DNA of 64,000 nt from a virus: the IMG/VR virus record IMGVR_UViG_3300031087_000001. One strand, given 5' to 3'. Positions 52,226 through 60,487 of the stretch are shown one piece after another. Below the pieces are notes generated by a model. The model did not search any database. It was not told the DNA's origin and saw only the letters and a program-made list of their open reading frames with translations. The stretch's first letter is position 1. Each line of letters opens with the position of its first letter. The position numbers were made by a program, and so were the translations under genes.

Positions 52226-54535
52226 ATGAAAGATACCCGAATCTCTAATCTGGAGAAGCTCGTCAATGCGGGTAACGAGCTTGTAGCCAACGTTCAGTCT
52301 GGTACCTCCGCTGGTGAAGTGTGGTCTACCGTTGTTGCTGGCGAATCCGTTCGTAAAAACGCTAAAGCGTTCAGCTCTCTGAACGACAGCGCCGCGCAGC
52401 AGTACCAAACCGTGTTCCCTGGTAAGAGCATGTCTCATGCTGCCCAGGTTGCTTCTGCCATGATTCTGGGTGCTGCCGGTCACGGTATGGATCTGGTGCA
52501 GGCCGTTGCTCAGGAAAGCGCGAATCCGAAGTATGACAAGTTCATGCCGATCGCAATCCCTGGCGCAGCCACGCTGGCAGCTGACTACGGCAAAGACCCG
52601 CTGGTCGCTCGTGAATACTACACGAACAAAGACTACGACCGTAACCTGGGCCTGACCTGGACCCTGAACGTTCGTGCGCTGGAAACCCAGTCCAAGTTCG
52701 CTGAAACCCTGTTCCCGACCATCACCGTTGAAACCAACGATGTTGGTATTACCGTGCGTACCAAAGTTACTACTGTAACTCGTGGTATCCTGAACGCGCT
52801 GCTGACCAAAGACGTGGTTGAAGACCACCGTCAGCCGCTGCACAACGCACTGTCCAACCACAAAGTGCTGCAGGACGACGCAATCCGCATCGTTCCTTAC
52901 GTGATGGAAACCGGCGACAACGCCGAATACTTCATCAGCTCTGACGTGGTGCCGAACGAAACCGTTCAGCTGGGTCGCGTACCTCCGTACCCGACTAACT
53001 ACCTGACCTTCGAAAAAGATCGCCTGAACCTGTTCCAGCTGGCTGCTCATCCGGGCATCGTGCAGGAAGGTTACGACGAAACTGACGAAATCGCACCGGG
53101 TGCTTCTCTGGGCAGCCTGCTGATTTCCGTCCGTAAACCGAGCGAAGATGTCAAAGACGGCGCGCTGATCAAACTGAACGTACGCGACATGCAGTTCGCT
53201 ACCTTCCAGCGTCCGCCAGAAGGTGACGGCCGTGAGCTGACCCTTCAGTTCCGTCGCACCGCGTTCTCTCTGAACGCCAAGTCTCTGGACTGGAAAGGCG
53301 ACGACATTCCTGCGCTGGCTGCACTGGCTCAGAACCAGTACACGCTGAAGTACAGCATGAACATCAGCATGAGCCTGTTCACCAACGGTCAGTATTCTGG
53401 TCGCGTGGATGTAACTGGTAAAAACCTGATCGTCGAAGGTCTGTTCGACGCAACTGGTAACGCTGTTGATACCAAATCTGGTACCGGCAAAGTTATCATG
53501 GACGGTCTGAAACTGGAACTGCTGGGCTGGCGCTTCGATGGTACTCGTACCAACGAAAACCGGAGAACCCAGGGCTTGCTGCTGGACCCAATCTGGGAAC
53601 AGGAGAACTACAAGCTGCAGTACGGTTCCCCGATCATGACCAAATCGCCGGTTGGTGTTGAATATGACGACACCGAGCGCCTGGATGACCTGGTTTCTGC
53701 GGTTAACATCCGTAACGAAATGCTGGCCATCACTCAGACTCTGAGCTACACCGAAGCTGTGAAAAATGCTTTCGAAAGCATGATCACTCCGTGGGACAAA
53801 CCGGCCATCCGTGGTCTGGGTCGTCACTGGGTTGCTCCGTGGTACAAAGAGAGCGATTATAACGTCGACCAGGTTATCCAGTCTCTGGATACCAAAGATG
53901 CACTGATCAACGCCCGTCAGGGTCTGGTACAGCGTATCGGCGACCAGGTTACTCGTGCAATCCAGGACAGCCGCTTCATGCCTGCCCTGCGTCTGCTGAC
54001 AGCTAACCCGGACGCGCTGCCGAAAGTAGTTATCGCTACCGATGAGCCGACTGCAGCTATGCTGCTGCTGACTCAGGGTGACCAGCGTCTGCTGGGCGAC
54101 CGCTACGAGTACGAAGTCATCACCACCAACGATGACCGCTGGCGTATCTGGAACGCTGCAGATGAGTCTTGGACTCGTCGTCTGCAGTGGGTCCTGAAAG
54201 TGCCGACGGCTGATGATGGTTCTTACTGTGTTCTGAACTGGGGTAACCACTTCTGGTCTCCGATCATGGTTACCAACATCAACATCCAGCGTAACGGCGC
54301 GACCAGCAAAGAGCTGGCTGTGCAGCCGCGTAACGCCCACATCTGTCACTGCCCGATCACTGGCCTGATTTGGATCAAAGGCATCACCAAATACGTTGAA
54401 AGCAAACTGGCTTACAACGTGTCTGTTGAAGAGAACGGCACTGCAGGCACCGGCACCGGTAACGGTGGCGCTGTAGGTGGCGATACTACTGGTGGTGGTA
54501 CCGGCACCGGTACTGGCACTGGTACTGGCGCGTAA
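52226..54535 (+). CDS. Putative major capsid protein (769 aa) with Gly/Thr C-terminal tail
   Basis: It has the strongest codon bias in the window, a TAAGGTAAG Shine-Dalgarno and a very strong terminator. Its size is typical of phiKZ-type major capsid proteins (747 aa in phiKZ as I recall). It lies upstream of a beta-N RNAP gene, as in phiKZ. A-x-E motifs occur in the N-terminal ~100 aa (SAGEV, VAGES, VAQES). No direct fold evidence. Confidence 0.5.
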   Translation: MKDTRISNLEKLVNAGNELVANVQSGTSAGEVWSTVVAGESVRKNAKAFSSLNDSAAQQYQTVFPGKSMSHAAQVASAMILGAAGHGMDLVQAVAQESANPKYDKFMPIAIPGAATLAADYGKDPLVAREYYTNKDYDRNLGLTWTLNVRALETQSKFAETLFPTITVETNDVGITVRTKVTTVTRGILNALLTKDVVEDHRQPLHNALSNHKVLQDDAIRIVPYVMETGDNAEYFISSDVVPNETVQLGRVPPYPTNYLTFEKDRLNLFQLAAHPGIVQEGYDETDEIAPGASLGSLLISVRKPSEDVKDGALIKLNVRDMQFATFQRPPEGDGRELTLQFRRTAFSLNAKSLDWKGDDIPALAALAQNQYTLKYSMNISMSLFTNGQYSGRVDVTGKNLIVEGLFDATGNAVDTKSGTGKVIMDGLKLELLGWRFDGTRTNENRRTQGLLLDPIWEQENYKLQYGSPIMTKSPVGVEYDDTERLDDLVSAVNIRNEMLAITQTLSYTEAVKNAFESMITPWDKPAIRGLGRHWVAPWYKESDYNVDQVIQSLDTKDALINARQGLVQRIGDQVTRAIQDSRFMPALRLLTANPDALPKVVIATDEPTAAMLLLTQGDQRLLGDRYEYEVITTNDDRWRIWNAADESWTRRLQWVLKVPTADDGSYCVLNWGNHFWSPIMVTNINIQRNGATSKELAVQPRNAHICHCPITGLIWIKGITKYVESKLAYNVSVEENGTAGTGTGNGGAVGGDTTGGGTGTGTGTGTGA

Positions 54536-54563
54536 TCTGAAAAGATAACGCACGCTAGGAATT

Positions 54564-54601
54564 GCTTACTCCCTTCGGGGAGTAAGCTTTTTCTTTTTTT
54601 T
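54564..54601 (+). terminator. Rho-independent terminator after the capsid-sized gene
   Basis: GCTTACTCCC-UUCG-GGGAGTAAGC followed by a 14-nt T-rich run. Confidence 0.95.
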
Positions 54602-54616
54602 ATCCTAAAATTTCAC

Positions 54617-54630
54617 AGATAGATATTATC
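54617..54630 (+). promoter_or_regulatory. Promoter-like element copy 6 (AGATAGATATTATC)
   Basis: Exact 14-mer, directly after the terminator at 54564-54601 and 39 nt upstream of ATG 54670. Confidence 0.6.
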
Positions 54631-54669
54631 TTGGTGACGAACGATTGTTTTATCTAAAGGAGAATATAA

Positions 54670-55479
54670 ATGAAAGAGTTCGATATTGGACAGGTTATCA
54701 ATGTAAAGGCCACTGCCGTCGGTGTTATCGTTACGGTGTTGGATAGAGACAGTCATTTCCATGAGACGACAGAGATTGCCTATCCACTCCACGCGTTCGA
54801 TATCCTCCAGCACTTCCTGACCGTAAAACATGCCATGCTGAAAGGGGATTTCGGCAAATATAAAGAATACGAGACCACCCGCATAAAGGACATGAGATCC
54901 ATCATCCTGGGCGATGTGATGTGTAAGCTAACTCGTTACTCCTTTCCTGAGTCAAAGGATGAGCCAGAAATAATCAGCAACCTCGAAGGGTTTCTCAAGA
55001 AGCTCGGCCTGTATCAACCCCACCACTTCCCGGTCGGTATTCAAGAGTGGAGAGACCACGCCCGCGTTATTCCGTTTAACATCGGTCGTGATGTCAATGA
55101 GCTGCGTTCGTTGACAGATGCGTTACGCGAGTCATACACGCCACAGTGTGAGTTGATGGAAAATCTGCGTATCTACGGGCGCTATATCGATCCGCAGTAC
55201 ACCTTTGTTATCCCTGAACGTGGCGACATCGCTACAGGGGGCTATTGGGTAGAACCACCACACAATCCCCACATCGTTCCTAACTCGCCGTACATTCCGT
55301 TTAATTTCGCATCAGTAAGGCTTCACCAGCTGGCCGATGTCCTTAACGGTATCGCCCAAATGGACACGTTGCCTAACGGCGGGTTCGAAGTGCGAATGGT
55401 TAATGGCCTTGGTAATATCAGTCTGGCTACCCTGGAGAAAGAAGATTTGCGTGCATTGGTGAAAGCCATCGCACGCTGA
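54670..55479 (+). CDS. Hypothetical protein (269 aa)
   Basis: AAAGGAG Shine-Dalgarno, 39 nt downstream of promoter-like copy 6. Confidence 0.85.
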   Translation: MKEFDIGQVINVKATAVGVIVTVLDRDSHFHETTEIAYPLHAFDILQHFLTVKHAMLKGDFGKYKEYETTRIKDMRSIILGDVMCKLTRYSFPESKDEPEIISNLEGFLKKLGLYQPHHFPVGIQEWRDHARVIPFNIGRDVNELRSLTDALRESYTPQCELMENLRIYGRYIDPQYTFVIPERGDIATGGYWVEPPHNPHIVPNSPYIPFNFASVRLHQLADVLNGIAQMDTLPNGGFEVRMVNGLGNISLATLEKEDLRALVKAIAR

Positions 55480-55535
55480 CTCTATCTTTTTACGCCACGC
55501 GCAGTCCCTATGCGAGTCGCGTTCAAAGTATTCTG

Positions 55536-55549
55536 AGATAGATATTATC
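55536..55549 (+). promoter_or_regulatory. Promoter-like element copy 7 (AGATAGATATTATC)
   Basis: Exact 14-mer, 40 nt upstream of ATG 55590. The unit continues into the RNAP beta N half. Confidence 0.6.
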
Positions 55550-55589
55550 TACGTGGTTGTATCTATTGGTTTTTCAACTGGGATGCGAA

Positions 55590-56594
55590 ATGAATCGTTA
55601 TGATTTAGACATTGAACCGACGATTACGCAGCGACCCATGTATCATGGTGTCGTGAAGAAAACCATCTCCTACGAAAACAATACAGGTGTTCCTGTTCAC
55701 GTCACTGAACTCAGTGGCGGCAGCTTTATCATAGCTCCATCGCAACATACCGCGTCGGAGTTCGGCATCGTCATTTACGTGACGTATAAAGCTGTCGGTG
55801 GGCAGGCTAACCTGACGGGGCTTCGCGAAGGATTTCCTGCGAAGCAGTTTTCACAAATGTGCCGTGAGATTCAGGAGTCCGGAGAGACCACACTGATGTA
55901 CGTGGTGTCGGATATCTCCGCGTTGATGCACGGTGACTTGGTGGTATTGAAGAAGCTCGGTATGGCTTTCTCAACACAACCGGTCAGGCTTGACTCTAAT
56001 CCCATTGCATTACCGGGTGGCGAGCGGAGTGAGTTCACGTTGGGGGTCGTGGTTGTACAGCGGTACGACGATCCGAAGGTATATCGTTGGGTGCGGTTCT
56101 ATACGACGCAAGTCGAGGTAGACCCTATCCGTTCGAAGTATTACGATGAGGGAATATACATGGTGATTGGGGGCGGGAAGTTAGCAGAAGGTGGTAGGAT
56201 GTTGCATTTTACATTCGATGACCCGATGTCGCCGTTCCGCGTGTTTGCCAGCGAAGAAGAATCCAAAGCTTATCGCTGGATGGACGCCATTCCAGACTTG
56301 CGTGATGTCCGTGCAAAACTGGAAGCCAACTATCAGGCAAAACTTCAGGATTTAGACGATAGAAAGAACCAGATGGATCTCGAGTATCGACAGCAATCTA
56401 ACGAATTGGCCATTGAGAAAGAGAGGTTATCCCTACAGAACAAGCGAGAGGAAAATGAAATCAAGCAACGGGCAGAAGTCCGTAAAGACCAATATGAGGC
56501 GCGTTCTATCCATCGTAAGGACGGGTCAGAGTTCTTAAAGGCAATCCCTGCGTTTATGGCGGCTGGTGTCGCTGTGATAGGGATGCTAATGTAG
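55590..56594 (+). CDS. Hypothetical tail-anchored membrane protein (334 aa): globular domain, coiled coil, C-terminal TM helix
   Basis: The track ORF (TTG 55557) is trimmed to ATG 55590, 40 nt downstream of promoter-like copy 7. The C-terminus reads ...coiled coil (KLEANYQAKLQDLDDRKNQMDLEYRQQSNELAIEKERLSLQNKREENEIKQRAEV)...LKAIPAFMAAGVAVIGMLM-stop. Confidence 0.75.
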   Translation: MNRYDLDIEPTITQRPMYHGVVKKTISYENNTGVPVHVTELSGGSFIIAPSQHTASEFGIVIYVTYKAVGGQANLTGLREGFPAKQFSQMCREIQESGETTLMYVVSDISALMHGDLVVLKKLGMAFSTQPVRLDSNPIALPGGERSEFTLGVVVVQRYDDPKVYRWVRFYTTQVEVDPIRSKYYDEGIYMVIGGGKLAEGGRMLHFTFDDPMSPFRVFASEEESKAYRWMDAIPDLRDVRAKLEANYQAKLQDLDDRKNQMDLEYRQQSNELAIEKERLSLQNKREENEIKQRAEVRKDQYEARSIHRKDGSEFLKAIPAFMAAGVAVIGMLM

Positions 56595-56606
56595 GGAGGC
56601 CATGCA

Positions 56607-58382
56607 GTGTTTAAAGATGCGATAAGAAAGATTAAGGAAGACGGTAAGATTGTCCCCTTCAATCGTGCAATCGCGGAAGGTGTCGGCTACACACAGGCAA
56701 AAGACGGGATACATGACCGTGTGCATCAGATTCTGCGTCGTGAACTAACCCACGACCGAGTTGAGAACCCGCGGTTACCCGAAGGTCTGTCTGTGTTGAA
56801 CGTCCGCCACATGGCTCCGTTTGAATCGTTCATTTATAAGCTGTCGAAGTCTGATAGCAGTCGTGCTGGTCGCGGGCGGGCAGTGATGTCTATCGCTGCT
56901 ACGGACACGTATATGGTGATGGCAACTTTCCGTATTCCGGGAGACGGTCGTCCTACATCGCGTCCTATCAGCCTACCGTTTATTCGACGCGGTGGCCTGA
57001 TGAACTACTTCGGTACCACGTATCACGTTGCGCCGGTTATCCACCAACCGGGTATCTGTCGTGAGCACGGTGGTATTTTCATTAACTTTGACTTTACACG
57101 CAAAGTCTCGTTGAAGTTCTGTAAGAAGCCAACGAAGATTTTGGTTAATGGCATGAAGGAGGAATTGTTCCTGCCGGGCACTTCGAATCTGTTTGTCTCG
57201 AAGAATCCGATTGGACACGATACCGACGAAAAACCACTGATGTATTGGATGTTTGGGCGTTATGGCTTTAAAGAAGCTGTGAAGCGCTACACGGGTGTGG
57301 ATGTTAACATCTGGCCAGCATTCAAAGTTCCCGATCTCGACCTGAATAAGCTTGCGGTAATCAGTTCGGGTGAGCAGCAGTATAACCGTCAGATACAGTA
57401 TGTTGTTACTGTACCGGTTGATGCTCTGCCGAATCTGCACAACACCCGTTGGGATCAGAACGAACACGCCTTACTGATTGCAGTTTCTGCATTCTTCAAA
57501 GCGGCGCATTATTTCGCCAGCAAGCAGAACAGCAAAGGTGGCCGTGCACCAACCTTACCGGCACTGTTTACCCAGATAAACGAATTCGCGATGGACGAAG
57601 ATATTGCCAACCTGAACTCCCCAGCTATCTGGAAGGAGATTCTGGGACGTTCTATCCTCGGCATGAAACCGTCCGATATCGAGCTGGGACGTAGCATGGA
57701 CAGTCACTATCAGGAATGTGAGCGCTACGTTAACAGTACCTTCCGTGGTGAGTTGATGGCGAACGATCCGAGTATTCCAGACGACATGGATATGTTTGAC
57801 TTCCTCTGGTATACCACGCAGATGATGGTGCGTACGCGCCTGACGAAACAAGAAGACATCCCGTCTATGTACGGTAAACGTCTGACGGTGACGGATTATC
57901 TGCTGTTGGGTCAACGTGGCTTTACTACAACGATCTCGAAGATTCGTTGGCGTTTAGGCCAGATGGAAAACCGCTCACCTGAATCCTGTTCGAAAGCGAT
58001 TCGTGATGCGCTGAACAAAGAGATTGTGCTGAATCTGGTGTTGCGTAACATCACCGGCAACGGCGGTATCAGTTTCTTTAACGCCTCCACTGAATCAATG
58101 GTATTGGCTGTCTCGACACATGCGATTGGGCAAACGGAAACCGATGCCAAACGCACGAAGAAAGGCGGTAAAACGGTGAACCTGAATGACCGTACGAAGC
58201 ACGCATCAGCGTCGCATCTGGAGTGTGGTAACGTTTACTATATTCCGAAGTCGGCACCATTCAAGTCCAATATCCTCAACCCGTACATGAAGACCAACCT
58301 TCACTTAGTGATGGTTCGCAATCCGAAGTTGGCTCCGTATATCAAGCCAACGGAAGAAGACATTGCAAAAATCGGCCGTTAA
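56607..58382 (+). CDS. Split multisubunit RNA polymerase, beta-like N-terminal half
   Basis: GTG start 7 nt after GGGAGG. RGGLMNYFGTTYHVAPVIHQPGI is colinear with the beta motif [22 protein letters not shown]. Size and position fit a beta N half complementary to 10477-12717. Confidence 0.65.
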   Translation: MFKDAIRKIKEDGKIVPFNRAIAEGVGYTQAKDGIHDRVHQILRRELTHDRVENPRLPEGLSVLNVRHMAPFESFIYKLSKSDSSRAGRGRAVMSIAATDTYMVMATFRIPGDGRPTSRPISLPFIRRGGLMNYFGTTYHVAPVIHQPGICREHGGIFINFDFTRKVSLKFCKKPTKILVNGMKEELFLPGTSNLFVSKNPIGHDTDEKPLMYWMFGRYGFKEAVKRYTGVDVNIWPAFKVPDLDLNKLAVISSGEQQYNRQIQYVVTVPVDALPNLHNTRWDQNEHALLIAVSAFFKAAHYFASKQNSKGGRAPTLPALFTQINEFAMDEDIANLNSPAIWKEILGRSILGMKPSDIELGRSMDSHYQECERYVNSTFRGELMANDPSIPDDMDMFDFLWYTTQMMVRTRLTKQEDIPSMYGKRLTVTDYLLLGQRGFTTTISKIRWRLGQMENRSPESCSKAIRDALNKEIVLNLVLRNITGNGGISFFNASTESMVLAVSTHAIGQTETDAKRTKKGGKTVNLNDRTKHASASHLECGNVYYIPKSAPFKSNILNPYMKTNLHLVMVRNPKLAPYIKPTEEDIAKIGR

Positions 58383-58414
58383 AATAGTTTCCCCATTAAG
58401 GAGTATGAATTAGC

Positions 58415-60052
58415 ATGAGCATTACAATCGAAGAAGTCACTAACGTCCTGAAACAAAACCTGAGCCGTGACAATGTTCTGAACACTCTGAACTCGGTCAT
58501 GGCTGATAACGGGATGCCGCCTGACCAGGGACTGAAGATTGCTCGCGCTGTGGGTATCTATGCTCAGGCGAAGAAGCTGTCTAATCAGCAAGTCATTCAG
58601 TATATCATCGACGCCTATAAAGCCGCAGTTTATCAATCCATTGCTGCGAAGGGTAAAACCTTCAGTGGTGATGTGCACGATAAGCTGATGGGGATGTGGG
58701 GTGAAGTTGAGAAAATCATTGCCATTCTGCGTAATGCACAAGGCGGTGGTGGTCTGGGTGGCGGTGGTATCGGTGGCAATGGCGGGGGTATCCGTGTCTC
58801 TGACGGTCTCACCATGTCTGCACCGGAAGTAGGGGTAAGTGCCCAATCGTCTGCTGGGTTGAAAGTCATCATGCCGCAAACCGATCTCGACTTCGGTGGC
58901 GACAGCGGTCTGTCTTTCGTTAATGATGCACCGACTCAACAAACGACTGTGGCCCCACAACCGGCAGCAGCCGTCGCCGATCCGGCAACTGCACCAAAAG
59001 CAGAAGTCAATTTTAACCAACCTGTTATCAATACTGTAGCGGCTGCTACCTCAAAAGGACAGAACATGAGCATGAACGACCCAGTTATTAACATTTTGCA
59101 GGAGATTGAAGTGGAAGATTACGCAGCTCACGAACTGGTGGCACCAGAAGCTAAAATCAGTGTACCAGCGAAAGAAGCGAACAGCCGCATCAAACAATCT
59201 ACCTACGCTGAATCGCGTGACTGGGTAAGCCCGCTCCAGAGCATTATCTCTGGCGAAGATGAAATCGTGTTCTATAAAGGAGCCGGTATCATCGTGCGTG
59301 CGCGTGACAGCTATCGTCCTTACCTGGTCGGCACCACCGACAGCAGCGTTGAAGTGATGCGTGAATTCTTAGCCACCCACAATGCTGCGAAATCCGATCT
59401 CGATGGCCTGACCGAAGTTGACGACGTAGAAAAGCTGATGGACCGCGTCATGAAAACCATCAACAAACTGCGTCAGGCAGCGAAAGCCATTCACGACTAC
59501 TCTATGGAGAAGTCGGACGAGGCCGAAGTCGTGGTATCCGAAGTGGCACGTTTTGCCAATGCGTATCTGGGCAACCTGACATTGCTTATCCATAATGGTA
59601 TCTCGCTGGCGACCAATCACGGTACCGACGTCCCTACCGTACCGGGTATCAATCTGGAACGTGCACCGGATGACATCAACTGGTTCGCAGCTGACCTGTA
59701 CAACCAGACCACTGGCGGTAACGGCGTGAGCGAACACGAAGATTTCTTCCGTGACCTGTTCCTGACGGTGGCCAACTCTATCCGCAAGCTGACTATCAAG
59801 CTTGATGATAAAGGTCAGGTAGTAAATCTGGTACAGAGCACCATCACGGTGGTTGTGCCGGGCCTGTATCAGTCAGTGGGTAAATACCACATGGTTGAAA
59901 TGGCATCGCTGGGCAATGCTTCTGAGCCGCTGATCGCGATTTATGAAGCACTGCAAAATGACGTACCGCACTCTCAGGTTATCCTGCAAGTGCCGCAAGG
60001 TCAGTTCCTGTTGCTGAGCAACGGTGAACCAACTGCGCCGGTACGCTACTGA
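58415..60052 (+). CDS. Hypothetical protein (545 aa) with internal Gly-rich insert
   Basis: TAAGGAG Shine-Dalgarno. Internal GGGGLGGGGIGGNGGGI segment. A terminator follows. The antisense ORF 58379-59020 is judged a shadow. Confidence 0.85.
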   Translation: MSITIEEVTNVLKQNLSRDNVLNTLNSVMADNGMPPDQGLKIARAVGIYAQAKKLSNQQVIQYIIDAYKAAVYQSIAAKGKTFSGDVHDKLMGMWGEVEKIIAILRNAQGGGGLGGGGIGGNGGGIRVSDGLTMSAPEVGVSAQSSAGLKVIMPQTDLDFGGDSGLSFVNDAPTQQTTVAPQPAAAVADPATAPKAEVNFNQPVINTVAAATSKGQNMSMNDPVINILQEIEVEDYAAHELVAPEAKISVPAKEANSRIKQSTYAESRDWVSPLQSIISGEDEIVFYKGAGIIVRARDSYRPYLVGTTDSSVEVMREFLATHNAAKSDLDGLTEVDDVEKLMDRVMKTINKLRQAAKAIHDYSMEKSDEAEVVVSEVARFANAYLGNLTLLIHNGISLATNHGTDVPTVPGINLERAPDDINWFAADLYNQTTGGNGVSEHEDFFRDLFLTVANSIRKLTIKLDDKGQVVNLVQSTITVVVPGLYQSVGKYHMVEMASLGNASEPLIAIYEALQNDVPHSQVILQVPQGQFLLLSNGEPTAPVRY

Positions 60053-60058
60053 TAGATA

Positions 60059-60089
60059 AGGGAACCTTCGGGTTCCCTCTTCTTTTTTT
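60059..60089 (+). terminator. Rho-independent terminator
   Basis: AGGGAACC-UUCG-GGTTCCCT followed by a T-rich run. Confidence 0.9.
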
Positions 60090-60128
60090 AAGCGCTTATT
60101 ATAGACTAGCTCTATAGTGAGGTTGGAT

Positions 60129-60437
60129 ATGGTCAAGCTGATTGTGATAAACCTGGACTTTGATCGCAGTGTCAGATTCCGCTTTGAATTACCCGACACG
60201 AAAGCCACGGAAGCGTTCTTAGTCCACTTTCGCAAGTCAAAGACTACCATTAACCATGGACGTCGCTGGTTAATCTATTATAACGCCCGTGAGACGCTCT
60301 TACAGGCGTTGCGCGTCGCAAAGCTTACCGATGTACTGGAAAAGCTTAAACCCTTTGAGAATGACACTCTGGCGATTGGGGTGATGTTAGACGAGCCAGC
60401 GAACAAACCCAAAGAGCAGACGTTTGATGACGAATAA
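60129..60437 (+). CDS. Hypothetical protein (102 aa)
   Basis: The track ORF (GTG 60117) is trimmed to ATG 60129 (GAGG upstream). It lies between two terminators. Confidence 0.7.
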   Translation: MVKLIVINLDFDRSVRFRFELPDTKATEAFLVHFRKSKTTINHGRRWLIYYNARETLLQALRVAKLTDVLEKLKPFENDTLAIGVMLDEPANKPKEQTFDDE

Positions 60438-60445
60438 AAAAAGAA

Positions 60446-60483
60446 TACCTACTCCCGAAGGAGTAGGTACCTTTATTTTTTTT
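60446..60483. terminator. Bidirectional rho-independent terminator
   Basis: TACCTACTCC-CGAA-GGAGTAGGTA, with a T-run downstream and an A7 run upstream. It lies between convergent genes. Confidence 0.9.
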
Positions 60484-60487
60484 GCCC

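Noticed and set aside
52202-54553. 783-aa ORF on the minus strand, exactly antisense to the capsid-sized gene
   Set aside because: It is a shadow ORF created by the strong codon bias of the + strand gene. It has no Shine-Dalgarno, its composition is monotonous (V/R/Q/T-rich), and it runs through the + strand terminator. The + strand ORF has an SD, codon bias and a terminator.
5192-55549. Interpretation of the class-1 motif family as ordinary sigma70 promoters (the GATATT/TATATT part acting as a -10 box)
   Set aside because: Only copy 5 has a -35 hexamer at 17-nt spacing. The other six have 0-3 matches out of 6 at that position, while positions outside a -10 box (AGATA, AYC) are invariant.
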